Shown piece after piece: positions 26,335 through 40,039 of a DNA stretch of 64,000 nucleotides. The position numbers were made by a program, and so were the translations under genes. Position 1 is the stretch's first letter. Each line of letters begins with the position of its first letter. The notes beneath the pieces are model-generated. The model saw only the letters and a program-made list of their open reading frames with translations, had not been told where the DNA came from and did no database searches. Source of the DNA: Cetorhinus maximus (taxonomy: Eukaryota); contig NC_135910.1 in assembly GCF_964194155.1 (NCBI RefSeq), positions 9,734,001 through 9,798,000 on the forward strand. The letters are read 5' to 3'.

Positions 26335-26716
26335 ATGGCTGATGAGAAGAAACCAGCTCCCAAGAAGGGAGCCCAAGAAACCTTAAAGAAACCGTCAGCA
26401 AAGGGCGGGAAGTAAGCAACAAAGGTCGAGGAAGGAGAGTTACTCCATCTACATCTATATCTACAAAAAGTGATGAAGCGGGTTCACCCCAACACCGGCA
26501 TCTCCTCCAAGGCCATGAGCATCATGAACTCATTCGTGAATGATATTTTCAAGCACATCGTGAGTAGGGCTTCCCGCCTGGCCCATTACAGCAAGTGCAG
26601 CACCATCAGCTCCCAGGAGATCCAGACTGCCGTGCGCCTGCTGCTGCCCGGGGAAGTGGCCAAGCACGCACTGTCGGAAGGGACAAAGGCAGTGGAAGTA
26701 CACCAGCTCCAAGTAA
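26335..26716 (+). pseudogene. H2B: Histone H2B pseudogene (isolated, inserted in a SINE, antisense in CDKL intron 1)
   Basis: MADEKKPAPKKG...RKESYSIY...[27 protein letters not shown]...[30 protein letters not shown]. It has a premature TAA at 26413-26415, frameshifts and a duplicated atctac, and no 3' stem-loop. Confidence 0.93.
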
Positions 26717-29700
26717 AACTCCACAATGGACTGAAAAAGCATTCATCCCTCAATCACCACCAAACCAATTAAGCGGTCATTTTCCTCATTTGTTATTAGT
26801 GAGATTTTGCTCAGCAGAAATTTATTACCACTGAATTTGCCTACAGAAGCAACGACTACACTTCAAAAGAAACATCTTGCCTGCAAGTTGTTTTGGTACA
26901 TCCTGCAGCATGTGAAACAGAGCACCCTCTCTGTGTAATTGTTCTGTTCATTTAGAGCGAAAACACACTCCCATTTCTTAAAACGTGAGATTTGAAATTA
27001 CACTGGGCAGGATCAATAGTAACCATGTTTGCTCCTCTCCGTGCCATTTTGATCACAATATTAGACCAATTAAATTAAATATATGATTTTGGTATAACAA
27101 AAGAAAGGAGCATTTCAGACAATTACATTCAGCAGGTGCCAGGGGTGAGGTGGAAAACAGTAGCTTGGCATAGTGTAATGTCAGTATACTAGCAATCCAG
27201 AGGCCTGGATTAATGCTCCTGAGACATGAGTTCAAATTCCACCATACCAGCTGGAGGCAGAATGAACTATGGAACAAAACACTAGCCTCACTCAATCATG
27301 AAACTACCGTATTGTTGTAAAAACCCATCTGGTTCCTTTGAGGAGGAAATCTTCTGTCATTACGTGGTCTGGCCTGCATGTGACTACAGACTCTTAACTG
27401 CCTTCTGAAACAGTCGGTCAAGCCACTTGGGTCGAGGGCAATCAAGGATGGGCAATAAATGCTGGCCACACCAGTGACTTTCACATCCCAAGAACATAAA
27501 TGTTTACCACAATGGCTGTCACCCATCAATATGCCCAGAATTGGCCTTGGTTGCCATACTGGAACTTGAAGCTTAAAATTAAAAAAAAGCTGCAGATAAC
27601 ATCCAATTAATTTAACATGTTTGAATGGGGCCAAGTGAAAATGGAGATAAAAAGCTCACAAAGACTAAATTGTAGTCTTTATGAGAGACCTTTAAGTGGT
27701 AATAAAGCTGTCCTTTGTGTGTGAGTTACAGTAAAAGTCAACAAGTCAGTGCTCTTCTCAACTGATCTTAAGCCCTAGAAAACCCAAGGTTATTATCCAG
27801 AGTATTGAATATCCTCTCCATCCTGCAACTTAGGAACATTAAACACCAGAATCTCTACTGACTAAACCAAGCTTTACAAAATGAGACAGATGAAACTGCG
27901 GAAGATACATGCGCCTCATAATGAACACCTGGTAAACTTTTGGATTGAGTAGGTAGCTACTGTCAAGGGAGGCCCAGTGTAAACTTCTGCATCTCCAGTG
28001 GAGACCGTATCCAAGGCTGTGTGCTTCACCAGAGGAACCACACTGCATATCACATTACTCGGCATCTTAGCACCTCCATGGTTAGTCAGCATCATTAGCT
28101 CCATGAGGAGGATTTGTCAAAGTAGCCTAGTGGTTACAGTCCTGAAACTAGCAACCTATAGATTACAAGTTCAAATCACACCACAGAAATCCAGGGAAAG
28201 CACCACAGCTATTTAGTCTGGTCTACATACGATACCACTCCTACACTTTGGTTGATTTGTAATGTTCTTGGGTAACTGAAAATGCACAGTAAGGACTGCC
28301 TTGCCAGTCTGACCCACATTCCAAAAGGTAAAAAAAAAGAGTTTCATAATAGAGCTTGAAGAAAGGGTGAACTGGAATATTCTAGAGTGATTTGATATTG
28401 TAGTAATGTTAAATTTTAACCTTTGGTAAGCAGGGTAGCAAGAGACTTAAACTGTAACATCTTAAAATAACGACAAAATAGGCGTTAGTCATTGCTCAGT
28501 GATAGCATTCTTGCCTCTGGATCAGATGGCTGTGGGTTCAAATCCCATTCCATTTTACTTAACTGGTCCTTGTCACATTGCTGTGTGCAAATTGGCTGCC
28601 ATGTTTCTTACATTACAACAGTGACTATACTTCAAAAGTATTTCATTGGCTGTAAAGCACTTTGGGATGTCCAGAAGTCTTGAATGGCACTGCATAAATG
28701 CAAGTTCTTTCTTTAATTGAAGCTACATCATAAAGCTGCATAGCAATTCTAAGGTGGTGACCACTGCAATTTTGAACTGATTACTGATTCATGCAGCACA
28801 CGCAGTCTTCTTAATGCTTGAATGAAGTAATGACCTGATAGAGAATTGGCCTTAATGGAAGATATGCCAGTAGGGACTGATTCACAAGCTTGAGGGAACT
28901 GTAAGCACTGATATAATTTCAAGGACATGGCTATTCCTGCAGAGGAAAAAGATAATGTTTTTAATTAAAACTTATGTAGAGTGGGAGGACCAGATAGTGA
29001 GGCACTGCTGAGGGATGGAGAACAGACTTACATGGTCGAACAGCGATTGAACACAACTGGACGGAAATGTGCAATAAAAGTGAGTGCGCTATACTGATCT
29101 CACTAGCCCAGTGGAAAAAGTTAATGGGGAGGGTTTCAGCTTGAGAGATCTATTGATAAGTTTGAGGTTCATTATGAGTTTTTCCTCATAGGAGGAGTTT
29201 TTAAACTTTTGGTGCAACCATGTAGAGAGAGTCTGATTTATCCTTGCTACATGACAGAGAAAACAAAGAGTAGCAAACTGCAACGAGAATTTGAATTTGA
29301 AGGGTTTGATCAATCTTAATATTGGACTCAAAAATGAAATTTGTTTAATCTCCAATCATCAGATGCAACTATGAATTGCATGATTATCTTTATGTTTACA
29401 TTGAATAAATCTGTGACCATTTGACTATAATGTTTCAAGAACCTTATTGATTATGAGGAATAAATAAAACATCTAATCATTAGCATTTTCTCTCACGATG
29501 AGATGGATAATAGAGAACTCTACAAGGTGGGCTGTGTAATACAGAGAGTGTTAAGAGGTTTTAAGAAAGGCAGAACAGGGAGGGTCATAACAGAGCTTTG
29601 CAGAGAAAGGGCAGGTTGTGCAACCCATTCTTGTAGTCAGTAACTTTGGTTAAATTGCCACTTGACTTTGCCAAATCTTTCACGATTGAGAAAATCCTGC

Positions 29701-30015
29701 TGCGCAGAATATCTGTCAAAGCAAGCCAAACATCCTCAGGGAATAGTAATCAATTGATAGAAATTTGTGATATGCACTAGATGTTCTGCATCACATGTCT
29801 CTCCTCTAAGCAGACCCTACATTTCTTAAAGCCAGGAGTTTACCTTTATTATAGTTAAGCAATTGTGTGAGTGGGGGGCTGTAACAAAAAGACCCCTTGT
29901 TATATATACCGAACACTGACTTTACTCATGCCGCAAGGTGTATATTTTTAATCTGGAAAGTCTCCTGTGAGCGAGATAGAGCTAAAAGTAAACAAATATT
30001 GGCTTATTTAATACT

Positions 30016-30041
30016 ATATATATATATATATATATATATAT
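30016..30041. repeat. (TA)n microsatellite
   Basis: Directly visible. Confidence 0.9.
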
Positions 30042-31774
30042 GACTGTACATATTACAGTTTTTGTGAAATTCAAAATATTTCCTCTCATTCTTCGTAATA
30101 TGGAAAATAAAGTCAAGAAGCTAATCTCACCTTACTTGCCAGTGTCGCTGCCTGGCTGACACTAGCGAAGGAAATGAGAATCTGCGGCCTCTCAGCTTTG
30201 AGTCCACAGGGGCTCAGTGGGTAGCAGTCTTGCCTCTTTTACACTGAGCCAGGTGGTCATGGCTTCAAGTCCCATTCAAGGGAATAGAGCACATAGTTCA
30301 GGCTGAAACTCCAGTGCAGTACTTTCAGATGGGATTTTAAACAATCTGCCCTCCCGTGTGGATGTAAAATATCCCATGGAATTAAATTGCAGAACAGAGA
30401 AAATCTCTCTCTGGTGTCTAGGCCTGTGTTTGTAAATTGATTGCCACATTTCCTATATTACAACAGTAACTACACTTAAAGTACTACATTGGCTGTAAAG
30501 CACTTTGGTGAGGTCATATAAATATATAAATGCAAGTCTTTCTCACTCTAAAATTTAAACTTGAGCAGACCGTCTTTATCCAGTTACAGGAGGAGAGGTC
30601 TGAGCCCTTCCTCACCCACGTAGTGAGGATTGGTTAATTTTGTTGCCAAGTAAAAGTGCTACCTTGGAGTATCAGAGCAGTGTCTGACCAGCTAGGAACC
30701 CTGCTATTCAAGAAGCAGCAGCTATTCAAATGTTACAGGTATGAATGTCTGTAAATCCCATTGTCTCAGCTGACGTGGTATGCGCAAAACACAAGGCAGT
30801 TGGGCCCCTCAGTCTGGTCCCAGCTAATTCATCTAATCTCAGATAGGCATTAATCCCTTGCAGCCAAACTTTAGTTTAAAACTAGATATATAAATGAAAC
30901 CAAAAAGCCTCCTGGGCCAAATAAGAAAGAAAATCTTGAAACTTTTACACTTGAGAAAGGTTGCATGGACTTCCGTCACCATTCAGTTAGGAGATGGCTG
31001 GACTGTACCTCAACTCCAATTACTTGCCTTTGTTCCATTTCCCTGGATACCCTTAAACAATAAAAACCTATCAATCTCAGTTTTGAAATCTTCAATTGAC
31101 CCAGCATTCAAAAGCTGGAGCCGGTGTGTTTATCATTTAATGGAGTTACAAACAAGTGAAAATCGCACTGCAAGAACAGGGGGAGAAAGTATGGAACCTG
31201 AAAAAAAATCAGCTGCTCATCAAGGCAGTTCCTGCACATGCTGACCTATTGCAGGTTCAGTCTCTCCAATTTTAACTTCAGAGGGAAGATTCTGTTTCAT
31301 GTTGCTTTGACCCCCATATTTAAGCTTCCAATTTGGTATATTTTATAGGGAGACGTGGAGTTTCATGCTAGACCTGTTTAATGGCAGTTTAAATCCCCTT
31401 GATAGCTGACTGAACTATTTGACTTATACGTGGGATATCATGTCGACCATGTAGTGTGGGATGACAGCTTGCCAATGGCTGGATGTACTCTCATTTCCAA
31501 TACTTTTTTTATAACTAATAAATGTTCAAAAAAGGGTCAAACAACTTTTTATTGCCCCCTAAGATGTTTTAACCAAGTTGCTTGGTAGCGGTATCCAGGA
31601 GGTTAATTGTTAATTTCTGGAGACTCCAGGCCAACCCTGGAGAGTCTGGCAACCCTCACATGACATGTAGGTCCAGACTGGGCATAGACAGCAGGCTCCC
31701 TTCCCTGTAGGTTATCAGTGAACCAGCTGAGTTTAAAAAAGTCTGGAGACTTCAAGGCTATTTTCTATAAATCA

Positions 31775-32110
31775 CAATTTGCAGTGTGCACCATCTACAA
31801 GATGCACTGCAGGAACTCACCAAGGCTCCTTGGACAGCACCTTCCAAACTCTCAACCGCTAGAAGGACAAGAGCAGCAGACACATGGGAGCATCACCACC
31901 TGCAAGTTTCCCTCCAAGCCACTCACCATCCTGACTTGGAAATATATTGCCATTCCTTCACTGTCGCCGGGTCAAAATCCTGGAACTCCCTAACAGCACT
32001 GGGACTGCAGTGGTTCAAGAAGGTATCTCACCACCACCTTCTCAAGGGCAATTAGTGATTTAGGCAATAAGGCAATAAATGCTGGCCTAGCCAGTGACGT
32101 CCACATCCCA
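31775..32110 (+). mobile_element. CR1-group LINE 3' fragment (second family)
   Basis: AVCTIYKMHCRNSPRLLGQHLPN remnant and tail ctcaagggcaattag; same family as 48415-49010 and 63000-63295. Confidence 0.7.
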
Positions 32111-33924
32111 TATTCACCCGATTGCTTTTTGAAGTTGTTACTGAACATCCTTCAATTCTATAGACCCAGTTTTAAAGAAGAACTTCCATTTATATAGCGC
32201 TTTTCATGAGCATAGGACATTTAAAGCATTTTACAGACATTGCAGTACTTCTGAAGTGTAGTCACTGATGTAATGTAGGAAACACAGTAACCAATTTGCA
32301 AATGGCAGGATTCCACAAATGGCAATGACCAGGTCATCTGTTTAAAGTAATGGTTGAGGGATAAACATTGACCAGGATATTGGGGAGAACTTACCTGTTC
32401 TTTCAGTAATGCCATGGGATCTTTTACAATCACCTGAGGGGGAAGATAGGGACTCAGTTTAACGTCTCATCCAAAAAATGGCACTACTGGCAGTGCAGCA
32501 TTCCCTCACTACTGTATTGGAGCCTCTGCACTCCAAACTCTGGAGTAGGACTTAAAGCCATACCTTCTTATTCAGGCAAGATTTAAGCCAGAGCAGAGCT
32601 GTACTGCAGACAACCTCCCAGCCCCGGCCTGGTCCCAACATAATGTCACGTTAGATGACACCCTTTCAAAGGTGCCCCGACGCCAAGGTTGCTGCATTCA
32701 GTGACCATGCTCCATGCACAGTATTGGGCCACTTGGATACAGTGACATCAGCATTCAAAAAGGATTCACTCAGCCACTGATTACTTATTCCTGTAACCTG
32801 ACCTCCCTCTCTCTCACACACATTCACACACAGCTACACAGTATCAGTAACGCTCTACCTCTCCTTCACTAAACTTGGCTCAAGTCTGCTAGTCCAGGTA
32901 CTCACATCACCAGCCCCCCCCCCGCCCCATCACTCCAAGGTAGCAGCCTCTGTCTAACCCTCGTCTCACACCATCTGGCTGTAAAGGATACTAGCGGCTA
33001 ACGGCATCCCACTTTAATGTCGCCTCACTGAACGAGATGCATTACCAATATGCCTGTGGTTTTTGTGGTTATGCAGGGAGCTGTGACAGATTATGATGAT
33101 CCTCTCGGCCCACAGCTGTTGTGTCAAAAACAATTAATAGGATGGCAATTCGACCATATAGTTAATTTCATAAAGTGCAATTTCCCTCCCACTGCCTCCC
33201 TGCCTGAATTCCCCTCCCCCTCTTCTGGGGACATTGACTCTTGCCTGCAGCTTCCCCGAGCAGCCTGTCCTCACCCAAGGCCCAAACTGGCACATACTCC
33301 AGCAGGAGTCAGAGCCTGATGATTGAGATTTGGAACTCTGGTTGGTTTCTCACACCCAATCCTCTCCAGCTCAGGGTGCTGATGCATCAGCACAGTGCCA
33401 AGGAGATACCAGTTCATTCAGTACAGACTGAGAAAATAACCTGGAACCTCACTAAACTGTGTGGTTCAGCTCCTGAAGTATGAAGGCTGTAAATGCCCAT
33501 TGTTCCACACTCCTCATTGCCGCCACCAGTAGGGCCTCAGACTCCCTGTTAAATGGGAGGCTGACTTGCAGCTGTTGCCTATAGCTGGGGCCCATGCCGT
33601 GTAATCGGAAGCCCATAAATTGGCTACCAATCACTCCAGTCTGACAGAAAGTCCTGTTTGGGTCAATGAAGTGCTCTCTCTGCTAGTGAGAAAAATGCAT
33701 CCGCACACAGAAGTCAACCTGGGGATGACGATGCCAGGGGGAGGCCAATCTGCCCACCTAATTATCGCAATTTGCAGCGTCACCAAAGTATCTAAATGCC
33801 TCTTGAATGACTCTGGAGCCCAATCTAGCAATCAGTCACTTTGTGTGAAGAGCAGCCCAGGCATCAACCTTAAACATGCCTGTTTCAGATTTGTATTCCC
33901 TGTCCCGAGGTCATAGTTAAGCTA

Positions 33925-34875
33925 GAAATCATAGGATCATAAATAGGAGTAGGCTATTCAGCCCAGCAAGCCTGCTCCACCATTCATTAAGATCATGGCT
34001 GACCTGATTGTGGCCATTTACCTGGCTGTCCCCCATAACACTTGAGTCGCTTGTCAATCAAAAACCTCTCTAACTCAGCCTTTAAAATATTCAATGGCCC
34101 AGCCTCTACTGCTCTATGGGGAAGAGGATTCCAGAGAATTCCAAAGACTAATGACCCTCAGAGAAGAAATTCCTTCTCATCTCAGTCTTAAATGGGTGAA
34201 CTCTTATTTTGAAATGGTGCACCTTAGTTCTAGATTCAGCCGCGAGAAGGGACACCCTCTCAGCACCTAACCTGTCAAGCCCCTTAGAATGTTATATGTT
34301 TCAATAAAATCATCTCTCATTTTTCTAAACTCCAATGAATATCAGGCCAACCTACTCCACCTTTCATTCATCCTAGAAGTCAGCCTTGTGAATCTTCTCT
34401 GAACTGCTTCTAATGCATAGATATCCCTCCCTCTTTAAATACGGAGACAGAACCAGGTGCGGTCTCACCAATGCCCTGTACAGTTGTAGCAAGACTTCCC
34501 TACTTTTATACTCCATCCTCCCTTGCAATAAAGGCCAACATTCCATTTGCCTTCCTAATTATTTGCTGTACCTCCATGCTTACTTTTGTGGTTCATGTAC
34601 AAGGACAATCCAGGTCCCTCTGTACTGCAGCATTCTGTACTGTGCCTCCATTTAAATAATATTTTGCTTTTCCATTCTTCCTGCCAAAGTGGACAACCTT
34701 ACATTTTCCCCACATTATACTCCATCCAGCATATTTTTGCCCACTCACTTAACCTATCTATATTCCTTTGCAGACTCTTTGTATCCTCCTCACAACTTGC
34801 TTTCCTACCTATCTTTGTATAGTCAGAAAGTTAGGCTATAGTACATCCTGTCCATTTATCCCAGTCATTAATCAT
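33925..34875 (-). mobile_element. Decayed CR1 LINE with internal deletion
   Basis: Reverse complement of the CR1 tail at 33930-33990, and RT C-terminal remnants (aataaaggccaacattccatttgcc). Confidence 0.8.
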
Positions 34876-35371
34876 GAACTAAGGTTCAGGTAACTACATC
34901 ATAAAGCTTTCCAACGTCCATGTCTTAAAAAGACTGACCAGGCAGGTTCTTCTCCAAAACTGCATTGGCTCCATTTGATGGCTTAAAAAGGCTGGAGGAT
35001 GGGACTAGCCAAGTTGCTCTTGCAGACAGCTGCCACAGAAACAACCACTCTATGATTCCATGATCTTTTCACAGTCTCAGAATAAGGGATGAATCATTTA
35101 GGACTCAGCTGAAAAGAAATTTCTTCACTTAGAGGGGTGTGAATCTTTGGCATTCTCTACCCCAGAGTTCTGTGGATGCTCAGTTGCCAAGTATGTTCAA
35201 GACTGAGATTGGATACTAAGAGAGTCAATGGGTAATGTGGGAAAGTGGAGCTGATGTAGAAGATCAACCATGACCTTACTGAATGTTGGAGCAGACTCAA
35301 ATAATCTACTCCTGTTCTCATAAGAACACGAGGAACAGTAGCAGGAGCTGGCCATTTGGCCCTTCATAGAC

Positions 35372-36555
35372 TCAGAGTCAGAGGTCTACAGCAAAGGGCC
35401 CTTCAGCCCATTGAGTCTGTGCCGGTCAAACAAGTACCTGAATATTCTAATCCCATTTTCCAGCACTAGGCCTTGTACGACATAGCATCGCAAGTGCACA
35501 TCCAAATACTTCTTAAATGTTATGAAGGTTTCTGCCTCTACCACCCATTCAGGCAGTGAGCTCCAGATTCCCACCACCCTCTGGGTGAAAAAGTTCTTCC
35601 TCACATCCACTCTAAACCTCCTGCCCCTTACCTTAAATCTATGCCCCCTGGTTATTGATCCCTCCACCAAGGGGAAAAGTTCTTTCCTGTCTACCCTATC
35701 TATGCCCCTCAATTTTATACACCTCAGTCATGTGCCCCTTAATCTCCTCTGCTCCAAGGAAAATAACCCAAGTCTATCCAATCTCTCCTCATAACTAAAA
35801 CTCTCCAGCCTAGGCAACATCCTGGTAAATCTCCTCTGCACTCTCTCCAGTGCAATCACATCCTTCCTATAATGCGGATTCCAGAACTGCACACAATATT
35901 CTAGCTGTGGCCTTACTAGAGTTTTATACAGTTCCAGCATAACCTCCCTGCTCTCTATGCCTCGGCTAATCCCATGGGCTCTTACCTTCGTTATCAGTCT
36001 CCCATGTGGGACCTTATCAAAAGCCTTGATGAAGTCCAAGTAGATTACTTCAAATGCATTGCCCTCATCTACACACCTGGTCACCTCTTCGAAAAATTCA
36101 ATCAAATTGGTCAGACATGACCTCCCCTTAACAAAACTATGCTGACTGTCCTTGATTAATCCCTACTTCTCCAAGTGTAGATTAATTCTGTCCCTCAGAA
36201 TTGCTTCCATTAGTTTCCCCACACCAGTCAAAGCAGCTGAGGTTAGACTGACTGGCCTCTAGTTCCCTGGTTTATCTCTTCCTCTCTTCTTGAATAATGG
36301 TACCACATTGGCTGTCCTCCAGTCCTCTGGCACTTCCCCTGCAGCCAGAGAAGTATTGAAAATTATTGCCAGCGCCCCTGCTATCTCCTCACTTGCCTCA
36401 CTCAACAGCTTGGAATACATTTAATCCGGGCCTGGAGATTTATCTACTTTTATGCCTGCCAGACCACTTAGAGCCTCCTCCCTTTCTATGCTAATTTATT
36501 TAATTATATCACAGTACTTCTGCCCGATTTCCATACCCATGTTGTCCCTCTCATT
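35372..36555 (-). mobile_element. CR1 LINE, internally deleted
   Basis: ORFs 35728-36105 (DFIKAFDKVPHGRL...RPQLEYC) and 35386-35712; the RT core containing FADD is missing. Confidence 0.9.
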
Positions 36556-38359
36556 CAAGCCTATCCTGCCATTCAGTAGCATCACAACTGACGTTCTATT
36601 TCAAATTAGTTCCAAATGATGGATTATGTTGCCCAGTTTTTGTCAAACACTGATAAGTCTGTAACAATTCAAATTTGTTTTGTTTTCTTTTTTGAAAATA
36701 GGAACTGTACCAGATTAATTCCAATCCAGTGGGACCTGCTCTGTATTCACTGATGTCCTCAATAACTATTACAGTCTCCTTGGCACATAGTGCCCATCCT
36801 GGGGGATATATTGAGTTTATGCCCTTTAATTCCAACTAGGACATCTGTACCAACTCTGTTTCATTGAGTTGTACAGCCTTTGTGATTGGTGACAGGTTAT
36901 TAGTGTCTTGAGTAGTCGTTTACTATTTTAACTCAGAGCCAGAGAGTTTTACAGGCTCCGAGGAGACCATTTGGTCCATCATGGTAGCGTTTCCACCCCA
37001 GAGCACTGCAACTTCCTTTGCTTCAAATATATATCCCTTAAAAGATGCAAGTCTTTGATTCAACTGTGTCCTGTAGCAAAACCTTTCACTTTCCTTTTAA
37101 AGAAATTTCTTTTAAACTTTCTATTCACTTTGACTTAGTGATGATTTTAAAACTGATGACCCCTATTTACTCGAAGGGAATAGTCTTTCCCCGCTCACCA
37201 TCAAAACTTTGTAACTTTAAAAACTGCTTATTATATCTCATTTTCTTCTCTGCTGCAGTAGTTACAGTCCCATTATCTCAACTCTCTCCTTGCAATTATG
37301 GTTTATCCATATGAATTCACACTTAATTCTTCCTCTCGCGTTACTGTCCTTGCTATAAAAGTTTTTTTTCAATTATTCATTTATGGGATGTGGGCATCGC
37401 CAGCATTTATTGTCCATCCCTAATTGCCCATTAGCGGTGGTGGTGGTGAGATGATTGAAATTGCACTTAGTAGTTTAACTGTGACCTAACCGTTGCCCGA
37501 TAACAAATTTATTACAACTTCATTTTCTTACACTCCGTCTACAAAACCGCAAAAGCTATTGTCTCTTTATGGCTTTATCCAGCACACTGTCACTTTCAAG
37601 AAATTTTGTTTTTGAATCCCTGTTCACCCACATCCTCCAATGCTTAACTATTGAGTGTATATGCCCATTCACCCTTCTCTAATACTGTCCTGCTAAATGC
37701 CTACATGTGTGACATCAGCAAATGCCAATATGATGTTCCCTCACCCCAAGTTAAAATAATGTAAGCATATTCATCTCTCCCTCGAACAAAAGTGAACACT
37801 TAATATACCAGAAGGATATGCGAGAGTTAATGTACAGGAGGGATGGGTTTCCAATGGAAATAGTTACTATGCTATAGAAATGGGCTTTAATTGGAAAATA
37901 ACCTTTTCTCACCTCTTGACCTGTTTTACATTTCTTAAGACACGACACTGATACAATCAATGAGAGCAACGAATAGTCCATAGTGAAGAGGGAGCTAATG
38001 TTGTCAAAGGGATTGCTGAACAGTGAGTTGGCTGTGAGTTGTTCCAACTCAACAGTGGCAGATTTCACTGCAATCCACCCCCGCCGGCTCCCCCAACAAG
38101 AAGTTCTGACTCCCACACTGTCTCACAGCGGAAGGCTTGTGATAATGCCAGCTTGACCCTAGGATCCAAAAAGATGCCAACACAAATCAGTCAGCATGAC
38201 TTTATCTCTGACTGGAAGAAACCCCTTTTGAGGCTACAATAATAATATATCTTTGGTTTAGAGAATGAGTGTGAGAGTACATTAAAAAACATCTTTTCCA
38301 CATTCTTCCTCCTAGCTAGACTGCAGGTTACTTTACAAACCATTTATAATATATAACAA

Positions 38360-38532
38360 AAAAAACTGAAAATGCTGGAAATATTTAGCATGTCTGGCAG
38401 CATCTGCAGGGAGAGAAACAGAGTTAATGTTTCAGGTCGTGACCTTTCATCAGATGCTGTCAGACCTGCTGCGTATTTCCAGCATTTTCTGTTTTTTTTC
38501 AGGTTTCCAACACCTTCAATATTTTGCTTTTA
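38360..38532. mobile_element. Penelope-like pseudo-LTR inverted-repeat remnant with hammerhead ribozyme core
   Basis: Inverted arms aaaatgctggaaata..cagcatctg / cagatgctg..tatttccagcatttt. The minus strand at 38421-38453 reads CTGATGA-AAGGTCACGACCT-GAAA-CATTAACTC. Confidence 0.6.
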
Positions 38533-40039
38533 GACCATTCATAGTCTTCTTTCTCAGCTCACCCGTTCATATTGTGCGCTCTCCATAAAGCAAGGATTTA
38601 CAGCTCTGTGACAGTCACCCTTGACTGGGTCCAGGTGCAACAGTGCCAGAGGACTAGTTCCAAATGGGTAGACCTACGCTCCTGTCAGCTGTGAAATGAA
38701 CCAATTTACATTAGCCTAAGTGTACTCCTCTCCCTACTCCCAGCCTCAGACAACACTCCCAAACTCTGCACATTGGAAAATTCAATCTTGTTCATCATTT
38801 TAACAGGGGAGGGATAAAAACAAAAAGAGGATTATTGGAAATATGTTGAACGGCAAGGTTTAGAGAAAGGCCAAGGAACTTTGAGCCTGATTAGATTCTG
38901 GGTTGAGAGAGAGACTGAGAAATAATAAATTTAATGGGGAATGTGCACAGCCCAACAGCAGGTGATGAGTCAGGCAGCGACTGTTTATATTGACCTCCAC
39001 ACTCCTCTATTGTCTCCCCATTATCTCACTTCTTAGGGGCTATTTTCCTGGCCTGTGGCCGTGCTCAGGTCCCTGATTGCCAAGGTCAGGACATTGGGGA
39101 AGAGACTCGATCGCCACTCCCCACTTAGGTTGCTCCAGGTTTTCCTGGGGACACGAGCCTGAGCATTGCCCAAGCCTGAGGTAGAGAACTGGAGAAGTGT
39201 AGAAAAAAAAAACAGACTTGCATTTCTATAGCACCTTTCACAACCTCAGGATGTCTCAAAGTGCTTCACCGCCAATGAAGCACTTGTGCAGTTACTGTTT
39301 TAATGTGGCAGCCAATTTACAAACAGCAAAGAAATAAAGACCAGCTAATCTATTTTGGTGATGTTGATTGAGGGATAATTACTGTCTAGGACACCGGGGA
39401 TAACTCTGTGGGAACTTTTATGTCCGTCTGAGGAGATAGATAACAACTCATTCAAAAGACAGCACCTCTCCCAGTGCTGCACATGAGCGTCAGCCTGCAT
39501 TATGTGCTCAAGTAGGACTTGAACGAGTCAGAAGGTCATGGGTTAAGAGTTACTGAGGCAACAAATGCCAATCCCTGGGGTTGTGGAGGTTGTTGCAGTT
39601 ATAAAGAGGCCAGCGGCTGCTGCTGATTATCCCTAGCCCACTGCTGACACTAAGCCTGAGCAATAGGGTTGCACCTGAGCTGGGCTTCTCCCCCAACCCC
39701 AGGCTCTTTAAACAGGACTGAATAGGCAAATACACTTCTGTTTAGCATCCGAGCTGGTGGCTGGGGGCTAGGCACAATTCATCCAATATATTTTATATTA
39801 AATAACAGTTTTCTAATAAGCAGTTAGAGGTCGTCAACTATTGGCCTTCTGTGATTGGTGCATGCACCTGAACACCCCCACCAAACCGCCCCCCCTCCAC
39901 TCCATCTCTTTCACTTTCTCCAACTTTAAAATGCCCATCTTTAATCTTCAGTTCTGATGAAGACTGTATATCTGAGGTGTTAACTGAAACTGGATAACCT
40001 TTTGTCAACCACTTTGGACTTAAACCAGAGTATTTTCTA

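Noticed and set aside
26470-26772. Functional 100-aa H2B variant with a novel C-terminus
   Set aside because: The true ATG at 26335 hits a stop at 26413. The ORF lacks the N-terminus, and its C-terminus is a frameshift read-through into SINE sequence.
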